64,000 nt of DNA, from contig OZ024742.1 of assembly GCA_964016885.1 (NCBI GenBank), positions 347,324,001 through 347,388,000 of the forward strand, given 5' to 3'. Source of the DNA: Eledone cirrhosa (taxonomy: Eukaryota). Below the pieces are notes generated by a model. That model made no database searches. It saw nothing but the letters and a program-made list of their open reading frames with translations, and was not told where the DNA came from. Of the stretch, positions 41,722 through 55,965 are shown piece after piece (within the stretch, counting starts at the first letter, position 1; each line of letters opens with the position of its first letter). The translations under genes and the position numbers were made by a program.

Positions 41722-41786
<65 letters not shown>

Positions 41787-42046
41787 ATCTCTCTATATAT
41801 CTATCTCTCTCTCTATATATATATATATATCTCTCTCTATATATATATCTATCTATCTCTATATATATATCTATCTATCTATCTCTATATATATATCTAT
41901 CTCTCTCTATATATATATATATATATCTCTCTCTATATATATATCTATCTCTCTCTATATATATATATCTATCTCTCTCTCTATATATATATCTATCTCT
42001 CTCTATAAATATATCTATCTATCTCTATAAATATATCTATCTATCT

Positions 42047-45000
42047 CAAATTCACCTCGTGGGCGAGAATGCGAGCACTCCTCATTGTTTCGACCGCGGA
42101 CGGCTAACATAACACCCCCCCCCCCCCACCGCCCCCAACCGCAATCCAAAACTTCAGAGTTGGTACCATGAATGTAGGCACCTTAAAGGGTCGCTCTAAC
42201 GAGGTTGTAGAAATGCTTGAACGTAAGGAGGTCGATGTTTGTTGTATTCAAGAGACCAGGTGGAGGGGAGGGTCGGCTAGATTCATCGTGGGTAAAGAAC
42301 GATGCTATAAGCTTTTCTGGGTGGGAAATGACAATGGGTTGGGTGGGGTAGGAATCATGGTAGCAGAAAAGTGGGCAGATAAGATAATAGACGTAAATAG
42401 AGTGAACGACAGAATAATTAAAATAAGACTTGTTCTCAATAGAACTACGGTGACAGTAATATCTGCGTACGCACCCCAATCCGGACTGCCCGGCACTATA
42501 AAAGACAGATTCTATGAGACACTGATGCTCACTACTTCCCAAATAACCGACAGTGACTATATAATTATTGCAGGCGACCTAAATGGTCACGTTGGACAAC
42601 ATTGTGACGGCTACGACGAAATCCATGGAGGCTATGGGTTTGGTACTAGAAATGAGGAAGGCTCCAGAATCCTGGAATTCTGTGACGCAAATAACCTAAC
42701 TATCTGTAACACTAAAAGTCCCTGGCCTGGCAGTGCTACCGAGGAGCTCTACCAGTTCGAGACAAGCTCTACAGACATGGGCGCCCGGGCAGGGACCCTG
42801 CAAAAAAGATCTGTCCGAGGTGCGTGCGAGACGAAGAAACCGTCGCGCACGCATTCATACACTGCCCGGGCGTCACTGACCTGTGGGGCTATGTAGAACG
42901 ACTATTGTCGCGGGTGGGACCAATCCAGTTGACCACCGAGTCCATTGTCATGATCAAACCGCCACCCTCCTTCAAAAACGAAGGAGAGGCGGTTTTCCTT
43001 TGTGTGATAGCTATGGCGAAAGAGGTTGTATGGTGGACAAGGTTGAAAGGGCTGAGGTCAGACACCTTTCTCTCCGGCCAACAACTGATTCTTTTTTTCA
43101 AATACCACTTTGGAAGAAGAATCAGGATGGAGAGAGAGGTGCTGTACCCCAGCAAGTTTTATGAAAGGTGGGTGAAAGTGGCGAGAATGGCCCGAGTGAA
43201 TGGGCCTTCTCTCTATATCAGCCTGTAGGTTGAGGAAAAGGAGGAGGAGAGGAAAGGAGTACAAGCTCTTCGTACTCCTGGAGATGAGGGTTGCACATTT
43301 TTTTCGGGGGTCTGTGTTACCCATATAAACTGTCTCCCTCTATTGGGGAAAATCGACTAACTTTTAAATTCCATCTGTGATAACATTTTACACGTTTTTA
43401 TTGTATGTAAACTTCCCCCTTTGTATTTGTCCCCTTCTTTTGTGCCCCTGTGGCTAATAAAGAAATATATCTGTAACACTAACTTCAAAAAACGTGACAA
43501 TCACCTGATCACCTATAGATCGGGGGAACACACAAGCCAGGTAGATTATATCCTTACCAGAAGACGTGACAGAGTGTCTGTTGTAAACACTAAATCCCTC
43601 CCCCATGAAGAATGCACCTCCCAACATAGACTGATAATTAGCGACCTAATAGTCAGGACGAGACGTACTAGACAACAGAAGAGGACTATCCTCAGGAGAA
43701 AAATATGGAAGCTAAAGGACCCCCACAGCCAGAAATAAATTCAAAAGTATACTACTTGATGCTTTCGACATTAAGGAAGAGCAATTAGAGTCGTACAATA
43801 TAGAGGAGCAGTGGGAATTCCTGAAAGCAAACCTGCTGATGGCGGCAAACGAAGTCTGTGGCTGGAGCAGGCCTGTAGGCAGGAGGAGAGTAACATGGTG
43901 GTGGAACAGTAAGGTGGAGGGGTCAATTAAGGCCAAAAAGCAGGCTTGGAAAGTATGGTGGGATGGGGGAAGCAGAGAAGACTATCAAGTGGCCAGGAGG
44001 GAAGCTAGGAGACAAGTGTACTTCGCAAGAAGGGAAGCAGAGGAAAGAAAGTTCAAGCATGTTCTACAACGCGAGGACCAAAAACGTGAGGTGTTCAGGA
44101 TTGCTAGGCAATGTGTCAAGGAAAACCGTGATATTGTCGGGGAGAAGTGTGTACTTAATGATGACGGCGTACTTGCCATCACCGACGCTGATAAGAAGGT
44201 AGCTTGGAAGTGCCACTATGAAAGGCTACTAAATGAGGAGAATAAATGGGAGAAAGACAGTCTCCCCCACATCGACCCAATAGAGGGACCAGCAGTGTTA
44301 GTCGAGGGTAGTATAATAAGTAAGGCAATCAAGGATATGAAGACGGGTAAGGCGGCTGGGCCTTCGAAAATAGTTGCTGAGATGATGAAGGCATCTGGCT
44401 CGGTGGGACACACCTTGGTCACCCGGATAGTTAAACAAGTCGTACAGAATGGGGTTGTTCTGAAGGACTGGCATAGCAGCATCATCGTTAACTGTTATAA
44501 GTGTAAAGGAGATGCCCTAGATAGGAGTAACTATAGAGGCATTAAATTAATCGACCAGGTCATGAAGGTCACGGAAAAAGTAATAGCGCAACTAATCAGA
44601 GAGAGAATTGATCTAGATGAAATGCAGTTCGGGTTTGTGTCAGACAAAAGTACCACAGATGCTCTTTTCATTGTACGACAACTACAGGAGAAGTACCTAG
44701 CTAAAAGTAAACCCCTATACTTAGCTTTTGTCGACTTGGAGAAAGCCTTCGACAGAGTCCCCCGTTCCATTATCTGGTGGGTTCTTAGAAAACTAGGTGT
44801 TGACGAATGGCTTGTGAGAGCTATACAAGCCATGTATAAAGAAACAGTCAGCAAGGTTAGAATTAACAACGAATATAGTGAAGAGTTAAGCGTAAAAGTT
44901 GGCGTCCATCAGGGCTCTGTTCTCAGCCCCCTACTATTTATTATTGCCCTTCAGGCTATAACAGAGGAGTTCAAGACCGGTTGCCCATGGGAACTCCTAT

Positions 45001-46350
45001 ACGCAGGTGACCTAACACTCATAGCTGAATCAATGGCCGAGCTAGAGAAGAAATTCCAAACATGGAAGCACGGCCTAGAATCAAAAGGCCTTAAAATTAA
45101 CCTGGCTAAGACTAAAGTTCTAGTTTGTAGGAAAGAAAATAAGGCGGCGGTCCCTTCCGGGAAGTGCCATGTTCAGTGTGTAGGAAAGGCGTAGGTAGAA
45201 ACACCATTTTGTGTCCCAAATGCAAAGTATGGGTGCATAAAAGATGTAGTGGGATCACAGGTAAGCTAACTAAGAACATAGATTTTACATGTGGCTGGTG
45301 CTCTGGTGCAATAAGTAGCAGCAAGTGCCCACAAAATACTAGCTCTTTCAACTGCGCAGAGGGTTCTATAGAAATAGTGGACAGCTTCCGTTACCTGGGT
45401 GACAAAATCAGCAGTGGGGGAGGGTGCTCTGAAAGTACTGTAGCTGGAGTCAGAACTGGATGGAAAAAGTTCAGAGAGCTTATACCACTATTAGCCGCTA
45501 AAGGGTTCTCCCTAAAAATGAAAGGCAAGTTGTATGATGCCTGCATACGAACAGCAATGTTGCATGGCAGTGAGACCTGGGCATTGTGTGCAGAGGATAT
45601 ACGCAGACTAGAGAGGAACGAAGCTTGCATGCTCCGCTGGATGTGTAATAGTAATATACGTGAACGGCAAAGCATAAACGAACTAAGGAAAAAATTAGAA
45701 ATAAGAGGGATCAGATGTTGTTTACTCGAGAGAAGGCTACGTTGGTATGGTCATGTGATGAGCATGAAAGACGATAGCTGTATAACAAAGTGCAGGGCAA
45801 TAATGATAGACGGTAGCCACGGAATAGGCAGACCCAGAAAAACCTGGGACGAGCTGATAAATTCCGACCTCACACACTTACACCTCTCCAAGACAATGTC
45901 ACTGGACCGAGACCTTTGGCGGTACTCAGTAATAGAGAAGACCCGCCTTACCTAAATACAAAGTAAAATCTACTACAGTCAGTAGGCATCTCTAACAAAA
46001 TACACCCCCGTCCCACCACCCCCACCCCATCCACACCGCCCCTTTCAATGTAAAGTTATATTGGTGCCACAACATCCAGGCCGAAACAAATGAGATCGTG
46101 TAGGTGTCACGACAAAAAAAAACACACAGTTCACGCTGTAATGTGGCCGTGTAGGCAACACAGTAAAAACCTCCCAGCCCCACACTGTAAATGTGGTTGG
46201 TGTTAGGAAGGGCATCCAGCTGTAGAAAACCCACCAGATAGTCCTATGCGAGCAAGATAATCACTCTTGCCTCAAGTGGGAAAACCCCCGTCCAAACCCA
46301 TGCAAGCGTGGAACACGGACGTTAAACGTCGATGATGATGATGATGATGA
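42047..46350 (+). mobile_element. Near full-length but inactivated RTE family-1 LINE (APE, RT, PHD-like finger, 3' UTR, (GAT)n)
   Basis: NVGTL, IQETRW, GDLNGH, FVDLEKAFD, GVHQGSVLSP; YADD mutated to YAGD; stop at 43736-38; frameshift near 45165. Confidence 0.93.
42716..43467 (+). mobile_element. 5'-truncated Tx1/L1-like LINE nested in the RTE
   Basis: KSLAWQCYRGALPVRDKL...CPRC...ETVAHAFIHC zf-RVT knuckle; stop 43228; AATAAA at 43456; 15-bp TSD TATCTGTAACACTAA at 42701-42715 and 43468-43482. Confidence 0.9.
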
Positions 46351-46360
46351 TATATATATA

Positions 46361-46491
<131 letters not shown>

Positions 46492-46578
46492 CTATATACA
46501 TATATATATATATATATCTATATACATATATATATATCCATATATATATATATATATATCTATATACATATATATATA

Positions 46579-46645
<67 letters not shown>

Positions 46646-47412
46646 CTGTATATATATATCTATATATATATATCTATATATCTATATAGATATATCTATA
46701 TATCTATATATCTATATATATATATCTATATATCTATATATATATATCTATATATCTATATATCTATATATATATATCTATATATCTATATTTATATCTA
46801 TACATCTATATATATATCTATACATCTATATCTATACATCTATACATCTATATCTATACATCTATATATATATCTATATATCTATATATATCTATATCTA
46901 TATATATATATCTATATATATATCTCTATCTATATATCTATATCTATCTATATATCTATATCTATCTATATATCTATATCTATATATATATCTATATCTA
47001 TATCTATATATCTATATATATATATATATCTATATATCTATATATCTATATCTATATATATCTATATCTATATATCTATATATATATATCTATATCTATA
47101 TATATATATCTATATATATATCTATATATATATATCTATATATATATATCTATATCTATATATATATATCTATATATATATCTATATATATATATCTATA
47201 TATATATCTATATATATATAACTATATCTATATCTATATATATATATCTATATATATCTATATATATATATCTATATATATATATCTATATCTATATATA
47301 TATATCTATATCTATATATATATATCTATATATATATATCTATATCTATATATATATATCTATATCTATATATATCTATCTATCTATATATATATATCTA
47401 TATATATATATA

Positions 47413-47445
<33 letters not shown>

Positions 47446-47966
47446 ATATATATATATATCTATATATCTATATCTATATATATCTATATCTATATATATC
47501 TATATCTATATCTATATATATCTATATCTATATATATCTATATCTATATATATATATCTATATATATCTATATATATATATCTATATATATATCTATATA
47601 TATATATATATATATCTATATATATATATATATATCTATATATATATATATCTATATATATATATATCTATATATATATATATATATATATATATCTATA
47701 TATATATATATCTATATATATATCTATATATATATATATCTATATATATATATCTATATATATATATCTATATATCTATATATATATATATCTATATATA
47801 TATATATATCTATATCTATATATATCTATATATCTATCTATATCTATATATATATATATATCTATCTATATCTATCTATATATATCTATATCTATATATA
47901 TATATCTATATCTATATATATATATATATATATATCTATATCTATATATATATCTATATATATATA

Positions 47967-50803
47967 TGTAGATAAATCTACCAAAAGTTTACGGTAGTGT
48001 CCAATCCGTATGAAGAACTCAATGTAATCCGGATATCATGGAAAGAAGAGATGCATTCAAAAATCACTTTCGGTGAAAGATAAACGGAATACAGAGTCAA
48101 GATAAAATATTAAAAAAATAATGAATAAAACAATGAAACAGTTCCTTATATTAAACAAAAAAAGTTCATTATTTAACGATCGTTTCTAGGACATATATGT
48201 GTTAGAATTGGCATGCATATTCAAAAGATCTATGTACAAAATTATACAAAATTATACAAACTATCAAATAGAATATACATCAAATAGAATATACATACCA
48301 ATTTCTAGAATTTCTAACCTTTCGTCTAACCAAGATGTATTTGATAAAAATGCGACCTTCTATAACGAAGCTCTAGATAGAAGTGGCCACAAAAATAGAT
48401 TGGAATATATACCTTCTACTAATAACACTATAAACATACAACCTAATATTACCAACAAACACCAAATGAAAAGTACACACCTAAATGCCACTCACACTAT
48501 ACCCCAAAATACCAACATAAAACCAATTTTCTCTAACTCCTCTAATATAAAGTATAGTAACTCTCAAAAAACTACTCATCATACAACTGTAATAAATGTT
48601 AATAATAAAACTCCTAATAAACAAGATAAAACACCTAAATCAATAAATCTAACTAAAAATGTGCATGGTGAGGTCATTAACATTAATCCTCCTAGTAAAC
48701 ATCACGATGTAACCTATAAAAATAATAAACAACATAGAAACCGTAATAGACGAGTTACTTGGTATAACGCTCCATTTAATTTACAAATTAAGGATAATAT
48801 TGCTAAAAAAATTTTTAAGATCCTAGAGAAAAACTTCCCGCCAAACCACAAATACCATCAAATCTTAAATAGATCAACAGTTAAATTCTCATACTCAACA
48901 ACCAAAAACATAAAACAAAATATAAGTGCCTATAATGCATATAAATGTAAAAAAACCATAAGTATACCACCAATACATCAAACTAACCATAATATCTCCT
49001 CAAATACAGAATTAACGAAAGGTTGTAACTGTAGAAACAAAGCAAACTGCCCATTAAAAGGAAATTGTCTTGTTAACAACATAGTTTATAAATGTAAAGT
49101 TAAAACTAAAGATTCTATTTGCTCATATATAGGAGCTACTTCTAACAATTTTAAGGTAAGTTTTAATACCCACAAACATAGTTTTAAAAATGCCGCACTG
49201 GCTAATACAACATCTCTAGCAGAAAAAATTAATAGTTATAGAAATAAGAATATAGAATATGATATGACCTGGAGTGTGCTCAAAAGAGCCACCCCTTATC
49301 AAAATAATAGAAATGAATGTAGATCGTGTTCCCAAGAACTATTTGAAATAATGAAATCTAAGGATATCCTATTAAATAAGCAACAGGAATTAATTATATC
49401 GTGTAATCATAAACTGAGAAAAACATTTAAATATTATAAACCTAATTAATAATATATATTTTAGAAATTAATATATAATTTAATTTAAATGTAGTTAACC
49501 TATAATTTTAATTTAATTAAAATTCTACTACAGATGAGATTAAAAAATATTGTGTAATCATAAATTGTGAAAAACTTTTAAATATTATTAACATAATTAA
49601 TATATACTTTGGAAATTAATTTATAGATTAATTTTAGTTTATTTAACCTTTTATTAAAATTCCTTGACAGATGAAATATAAAATATCGTGTAATCAATAA
49701 CAGAGAAATACTTTTTAATATTATAAACCTAATTAATGTACAATTTAGAAATTAATTTATAAATTAATTTTAATTTAGTTAACCTATAATTTTAATTTAG
49801 TTAGCTTAAAATTAAAATTCTAATACAGATGGATTACAGAATATCATGTAATCATAAACTGAGAAAAACTTTTAAATATATACCTAATTAATATATTCTT
49901 TACAAATAAATATATAGATTAATTTTAATTTTTGTTAACCTATAATTATATTCTACTATAGATAAAATACAAAATCTGCTTTAATTATTATAAACCTAAT
50001 TAACATATACTATAGAAATTAATATATAATTTTTAGTTTAGTTAACCTATAATTAATATTCTACTACCGATGAAATACTTGATTTGGCTTTCCCTATTAC
50101 TAAATTCATTTCCTAAAATTGATACCATAATGTTAATATTTTTAATTTAGTTATGCTATAATTAATACTCTACTACTGTTTAACTTCAAAATTCCGCTTT
50201 AAATATTATAAACCTAAGAAGTATACACCTTAGAAATCAATATATTAACTATTTTTACTTTAGTTAACCTATAATTAATAGTTTACTTATATTAAAATGC
50301 ATAATTTTGCCTTCTTTCTTACATTTCCTAATACTGAAACTACTATGTAAACACATATTATGATCTAAATGCAGATTAATATTCTATGTTCCTTGAAACC
50401 TATATTTACTATTTCCCACTAATAATTTTAATCCCCCCCCCTATAATTATTCGTATTTGTAAGCGTGGATGTATGTATGTGTATGTAAGTATGTATGTAT
50501 GTTTGTGTGTTTGTATGTGAGTATAAAAATACATATGTGCGCATGTAAATAAGTGTGTATGAATGTATATATATATATATATAAAGAAAAAGGGATGAAA
50601 TCGAAAATGCAACTGAAGTCTTATTTTTTTTAAAATATATATATTTATTTGGTTCCTTTACCGGTTTCGCAGTTCTTCTGCTTTTCAAAAGGTGAGTTGA
50701 GATGGAGGGTCTGTGGTTTTTCTCACATCACAGACCCTCCATCTCAACTCACCTTTTGAAAACTGTTTCATTGTTTTATTCATTATTTTTTTAATATTTT
50801 ATC
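47967..50803 (+). mobile_element. Second, 5'-truncated PLE family-1 copy with an inverted pLTR
   Basis: 47967-48300 matches 28749-29067; ORF part 48305-49449 matches 31056-32188; 3' UTR homologous to 32189-33420; last ~43 bp of pLTR at 50761-50803. Confidence 0.9.
50655..50692 (-). ncRNA. Minimal hammerhead motif with U3:A8 variant core
   Basis: Minus strand CCTT-TTGAAAA-GCAG(AAGAA)CTGC-GAAA-CCGG-TA-AAGG; adjacent 34-bp inverted repeat 50682-50715 / 50729-50762. Confidence 0.62.
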
Positions 50804-50813
50804 TATATATATA

Positions 50814-51462
50814 TCATCATCATCATCATCAGCGTTTAACGTCCGTGTTCCACGCTTGCATGGGTTTGGACGGGGGTAGTCCCACTTGAGGCAAGAGTGA
50901 TTGTCTTGCTCGCATAGGACTGTCTGGCAGGTTTTCTACAGTTGGATGCCCTTCCTAACACCAACCACATTTACAGTGTGGGTCTGGGAGGTTTTTACCG
51001 TGTTGCCTACACGGCCACATTACAGCGTGGACTGTGTGTTTTTTTGTCGTGACACCTACACGATCTCATTTGTTTCGGCCTCGATGGCGCGGCACCAACA
51101 TAACTTTACATAGAACGGGGTGGTGTGGATCGGGTGGGGGTGGTGGGACGGGGTGTATTTGTTAGAGATGCCTACTGGCTGGAGTAGGTTTTACTATATA
51201 TTTAGGTAAGGCGGGTCTTCTCTGTTACTGAGTACCGCCAAAGGTCTCGGTCCAGTGACATTGTCTTGGAGAGGTGTAAGTGTGTGATGTCGGAGTTTAT
51301 CAGCTCGTCCCAGGTTTTTCTAGGTCTGCCTATTCCGTGACTACCGTCTATCTTTATTGCCCTGCACTTTGTTATACAGCTATCGACTTTCATGCGCATC
51401 ACGTGTCCATACCAACGTAGCCTTCTCTCGAGTAAACAACATCTGATCCCTCTTATCTCTAA
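50814..51462 (-). mobile_element. 5'-truncated RTE family-1 copy
   Basis: Matches 45695-46350 and 6251-6891. Confidence 0.9.
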
Positions 51463-51709
51463 ATATATATATATCTATATATATATATATATCTATATAT
51501 ATATATATCTATATATATATATATCTCTATATATATATATATCTATATATATATATATCTATATATATATATATATCTATATATATATATCTATATATAT
51601 ATCTATATATCTATATCTATATATATATCTATATATATATATATCTATATATATCTATATATCTCTATATATCTCTATATATATATATATATATATATCT
51701 ATATATATA

Positions 51710-51778
<69 letters not shown>

Positions 51779-52097
51779 ATATCTATATATATATATATAT
51801 ATATATATCTATATCTATATATATATATATATATATATATCTATATCTATATATATATATGTGTGTGTGTGAAGGTGCATGGCTTAGTGGTTAGAGCATT
51901 GAGCTTGCAATCGAAAGGTTGTGAGTTCAATTCTCGGACCGGGTGATGTGTTGTTTCCTTGAGCAAGACACTTTATTTCACACTGCTCCAGTTTACTGAA
52001 GAAGTGAGATGATAGGACTGGGTCCCTATCATTAAAGACACCTCCAACGAGATATACCTTGGAGGAGGCCAGCTAAACCTGCACAGGTGTGAGCTGT

Positions 52098-52140
<43 letters not shown>

Positions 52141-52212
52141 AAAAGAAAAATGGTTATTTGTTGGGAGAGATGGGACAAACTGGAGAAGTTTGTTATGCGG
52201 CCCCATAAGGCC

Positions 52213-52430
52213 TTAACCCTTTAATGTTCAAACCGGCCAGAATTCTCTACCTCTTCCTGTTGAAACTGGTTGTAACTGGTCGCTCAAACTGATGTTAAGG
52301 TATTGTTCTCAAAATAAATACTTTCAAAATCTCATAGATTTGATATTATGTGAGATAATTATGCGAGGTAAAGCCTTTACCATGAAAATATAATAGTATA
52401 TATAGAGTAATGTGAATGCTAAAGGGTTAA
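52213..52430. mobile_element. piggyBac-like MITE (copy 54484-54708, partial copy 13596-13749, short relative 52434-52518)
   Basis: TTAA-CCCTTTA...TAAAGGG-TTAA termini; shared internal sequence among copies. Confidence 0.8.
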
Positions 52431-52557
52431 ACCTTAATCTCTTTAGCACTTCACCATCCGTCTCCTCTCATTATTCTAAATATAATTCACTTAAGTAATG
52501 TGAATGCTAAAGGGTTAAAATGGTTGTGATTGTTAGAGCTAAAAAGCTATGTCTTAC

Positions 52558-52659
52558 CTCTTCAACTAGACGGCAGGAGGTTGGTGTGTAGGCACCACTG
52601 AAAACATATGACATGTCTCTGGGACTTTTTAAATTGATATCATCAGCAGATTTAGGAAC
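52558..52659 (-). CDS. VPS33B: VPS33B-like exon: VPKSADDINLKSPRDMSYVFSGAYTPTSCRLVEE
   Basis: AAG/GTAAGA, 102 nt phase 0-0; PRDMxYVFxGAYxP motif distinguishes VPS33B. Confidence 0.93.
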
Positions 52660-53272
52660 CTTGAAAGGGAATATAGATGTAAAAGCAGTACATACATATA
52701 CATACAGAAACACTGGAGACCACATACGCACACAGATATACATTTTTACATATATGTACATAGACATGCAAACACACACATACATTTATGTACATAGACA
52801 TACAAACACACACATACATATATGTACATAGACATACACACATACACATACATATATGTACATAGACATACACACATACACATATGTACATAGACATACA
52901 AACACACACATACATGCCCCCCCCCCACACACACACACAGACACACACAAATATATACTTCTACATATATGGACATAGACATGCATCCACACACATACAT
53001 AGACATACATACACACACATACATAGACATACATACACACACATACATAGACATACATACACACACATAGACATACATACACATGCACACACAGACATGC
53101 ATACACACACATAGATGCCCACACACACAGATATACACTTCTGCATATATGTACATAGACATACAAACAGACACATACATGCCGACACAACCAGTTATTA
53201 AAGGACAGGATAGTGATGATCTGGAAGGCGGAGGGGGTGCTCAACAACATAATTATGTACAAATGTACTTAC

Positions 53273-53437
53273 AAGATTGAGTTTCTTTACTAAAGCTTGG
53301 TAACTGCTCCTCTTGGCCATTGCTGCTACCCCAGCTGCCACTTTACCCAGGGGTTTACTCAGGGATTGTTCCTGTTCCATGAACAGATGTAATTTGCGCA
53401 GATTGTGCAATGTCGGCAACATATCAAAGCCATATGT
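53273..53437 (-). CDS. VPS33B: VPS33B-like exon: TYGFDMLPTLHNLRKLHLFMEQ...AKRSSYQALVKKLNL
   Basis: TAG/GTAAGT, 165 nt phase 0-0; YG...NL and KKLNL motifs. Confidence 0.9.
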
Positions 53438-53875
53438 CTAAAAATTAATAATATAAAGGACGTTTTAACAAACTATTTTTATTTGGTTAAACATACAGAA
53501 AAAGAAAGCAACATTGGAAAGGACAATAAATGCCATAAATGCATACAAGATTTCACAGCTCTAGCATCACTCCTTCATAGTGAGCCTATGAACTTTTGAG
53601 CCGACCCTCGTAGGCCTAGGCCAAATGTGAAATGTTGGTTCCATATCAAATAGTTTGTTAAATATTTTAGTAATCAGTGCTAATTATATATATGGTTTAT
53701 ATGTGGGTTACAGCTGTACAGATACACATGTAGTATAGATAAAGGGGTGTCCAACATGTTCAGTGATGAATGTTCCAGGTGTTCAGTCAACAGAACAGCC
53801 TATGTTCCAGATGTTCAGTCAACGGAACAGCCTACTCATTAAATTAATATATAATTGGCTGAGTATTCCACTAAC

Positions 53876-53977
53876 CTGAACAAACTGTATTGTGAAGAGT
53901 TTGAATAGTTTTGAATTAATTCCATCATTGGTGAGAGAAAGTAGACAGAGCAGTCTGAGTGTCTGGACACAGTTTAA
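53876..53977 (-). CDS. VPS33B: VPS33B-like exon: LNCVQTLRLLCLLSLTNDGINSKLFKLFTIQFVQ
   Basis: CAG/GTTAGT, 102 nt phase 0-0; LRLxCLLSxTxxG Sec1-family motif; absent from the ORF track. Confidence 0.9.
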
Positions 53978-54742
53978 CTGAAATAGAGAAAAAGTGAAAT
54001 ATTAGAGACAGGAAGAGGTGAAGAAGGTCATTCTAAGAAAATAGAAGCTAGAATTCGAAAAGGATGGGAAAAGGTCAGAAAGCTGTTACCACTGTTGGCA
54101 ACAAATGGTTTCTATGAATGAAAGGCTGGCTATATGATGCATGTGTGGTATTGGATGGTAGTGAGACATGAGTAATGAATGCAGAGAATATGCGAGGATT
54201 GGACATCTAACTCAGGCAATGGGTTATGTGTGAATGATGAAACATGGTGAAGCTGAGAGAAAAACTGGTTATCAGAGGAATTAGATGAAGTGTGCAGGAG
54301 AGAAGATTGCACTGTTATGGACATGTCATGTGTATGGATGATGAGCGTTGGGTGAAGAAATGCCAAGAGATCCCATCAGAGCCCTTGCATATAATGATTA
54401 TGGTAGTAAAAAAAATTAATTTAGGGTCCTTTAGATACTGTGAGAACCCTTGGCTACAGCACAATCAATCACGGTCCTCCTCCTTAACCCATTAGCATTT
54501 AAACCGGCCATATCCGGCCAGAATTCTCTCACCTCTTTCTGTTCAAATTGGCCGTAACTGCTGGCCACTCATACTGATATTAAGGTATTGTTCTCAAAAT
54601 AAATAATAACATCATCAAAATCTCATAGATTCCATATTATGTGAGATAAAGTCCCTACCATCAAAATACAATAGTAAATATAGAGTAATGTAAATGGTAA
54701 AGGGTTAATCTGCTACTGTTGGCTAATAGGATGTCTACTTAC

Positions 54743-54807
54743 CTTCCGGTTAATACACTCTTCAATAAAGTTAATGTTTTCCTTCGTATCACTTCCTTCA
54801 AGTAAAC
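54743..54807 (-). CDS. VPS33B: VPS33B-like exon: (S)LLEGSDTKENINFIEECINRK
   Basis: CAG/GTAAGT, 65 nt phase 1 to 0; LLEG...IEE pattern. Confidence 0.88.
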
Positions 54808-55442
54808 CTGAAATCACACAAAAGAAATGTAGAAATACTATTTAGTATTCCTGTAATACAAACAATGTTATAATGTAACAAGCTGTTCAACATGGAAGTT
54901 GGATAGGCACAGAAAAGAGGAAATATAAGATAAGATGGAAGCCAGGAGGAGAAAATAGGCTGTGATTTGGCCAATATTGTTGGCCCACCAATGACAGGAT
55001 GTTATGGTTAGGGGTCAAAATATCCAATGTACATTGGACACCATCTGCCAATATCAATGCCTCGTGGCCAAAGCTATATTCACCAAAGATGAATGAACGT
55101 GAGGCATCTTTTTTAAGATGTAATTATGCTAACAGAAAAAAAAAATGTTAATATTAAATAGCTGACTCCATAAAGATATAACATTTTAAATCTATATATA
55201 ATTATATCATCATCATCATCATTTTTACATCCATTTGTCCACGCTTTCATGTATATGAAGAAGAAGAAGGAGGAGGAGGATAAAGGCTCTGATTTTCAAA
55301 TATAATGCAGGTCATAGTGCTTTTTATTTTACATTTCAAGAATGCCTTGCTAATGTGGTTTCACATGGTACAGGATATTAAGAGTTAAGGGAATAAGTGA
55401 ACAAGGAATTAAAAGAATAAAGATTTTATAAAAACCTCTCAC

Positions 55443-55514
55443 TGTTTTCAGTTTGCAAAATTTCCTCAAAGTTTTTCATCTTTTTCGCCATAACCACTTC
55501 ACAAGCTCCAATAT
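55443..55514 (-). CDS. VPS33B: VPS33B-like exon: (H)IGACEVVMAKKMKNFEEILQTEN(S)
   Basis: CAG/GTGAGA, 72 nt phase 1-1; HIGACE motif typical of VPS33B. Confidence 0.9.
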
Positions 55515-55559
55515 CTGGAATAAAAAACAAGCATTTAACAGCAAACCTACTCAATGAAG

Positions 55560-55965
55560 ATCATCATCATCATCATTTTACGTTCACTTTTCCCTTCTTG
55601 CAAGGGTGGGACAGGTCCTGTTCAGCACAGCATCTCTCCACTTGTCATGGTCCTTCGACATCTCCACCGTGAGCTTCAGCGATCTGAGGTCTGCTCTCAC
55701 CACCTCCGTCCATGTTTTCCATGGTCTTCCTCTACTGCGTCTTCCTTCAACTGGCATTTCTGGGCACTTCTTTACCCAGCGGTCATCCTCCATGCACATT
55801 ATATGTCCATACCATCGCAGTCTTCTCTCCCGCACACTACAACTTATCCCTCTTAAACACAGTTTCTCTCACAATACATCCATGCTCGGTCGTTCACACA
55901 CATTGACATTGCACATCCAACACATGCTTGCCTCATTTCTCTCCAGCCATCGCATATCCTCTGTT
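55560..55965 (-). mobile_element. RTE family-2 3' fragment (more decayed relative at ~54030-54370 plus)
   Basis: [23 protein letters not shown]...RGRPWKTW and (ATG)n tail, same as 11065-11238. Confidence 0.85.

Noticed and set aside
48199-48304. N-terminus MLELACIFKRS of the 416-aa ORF
   Set aside because: Chance in-frame read-through from the inverted pLTR into a 5'-truncated PLE ORF
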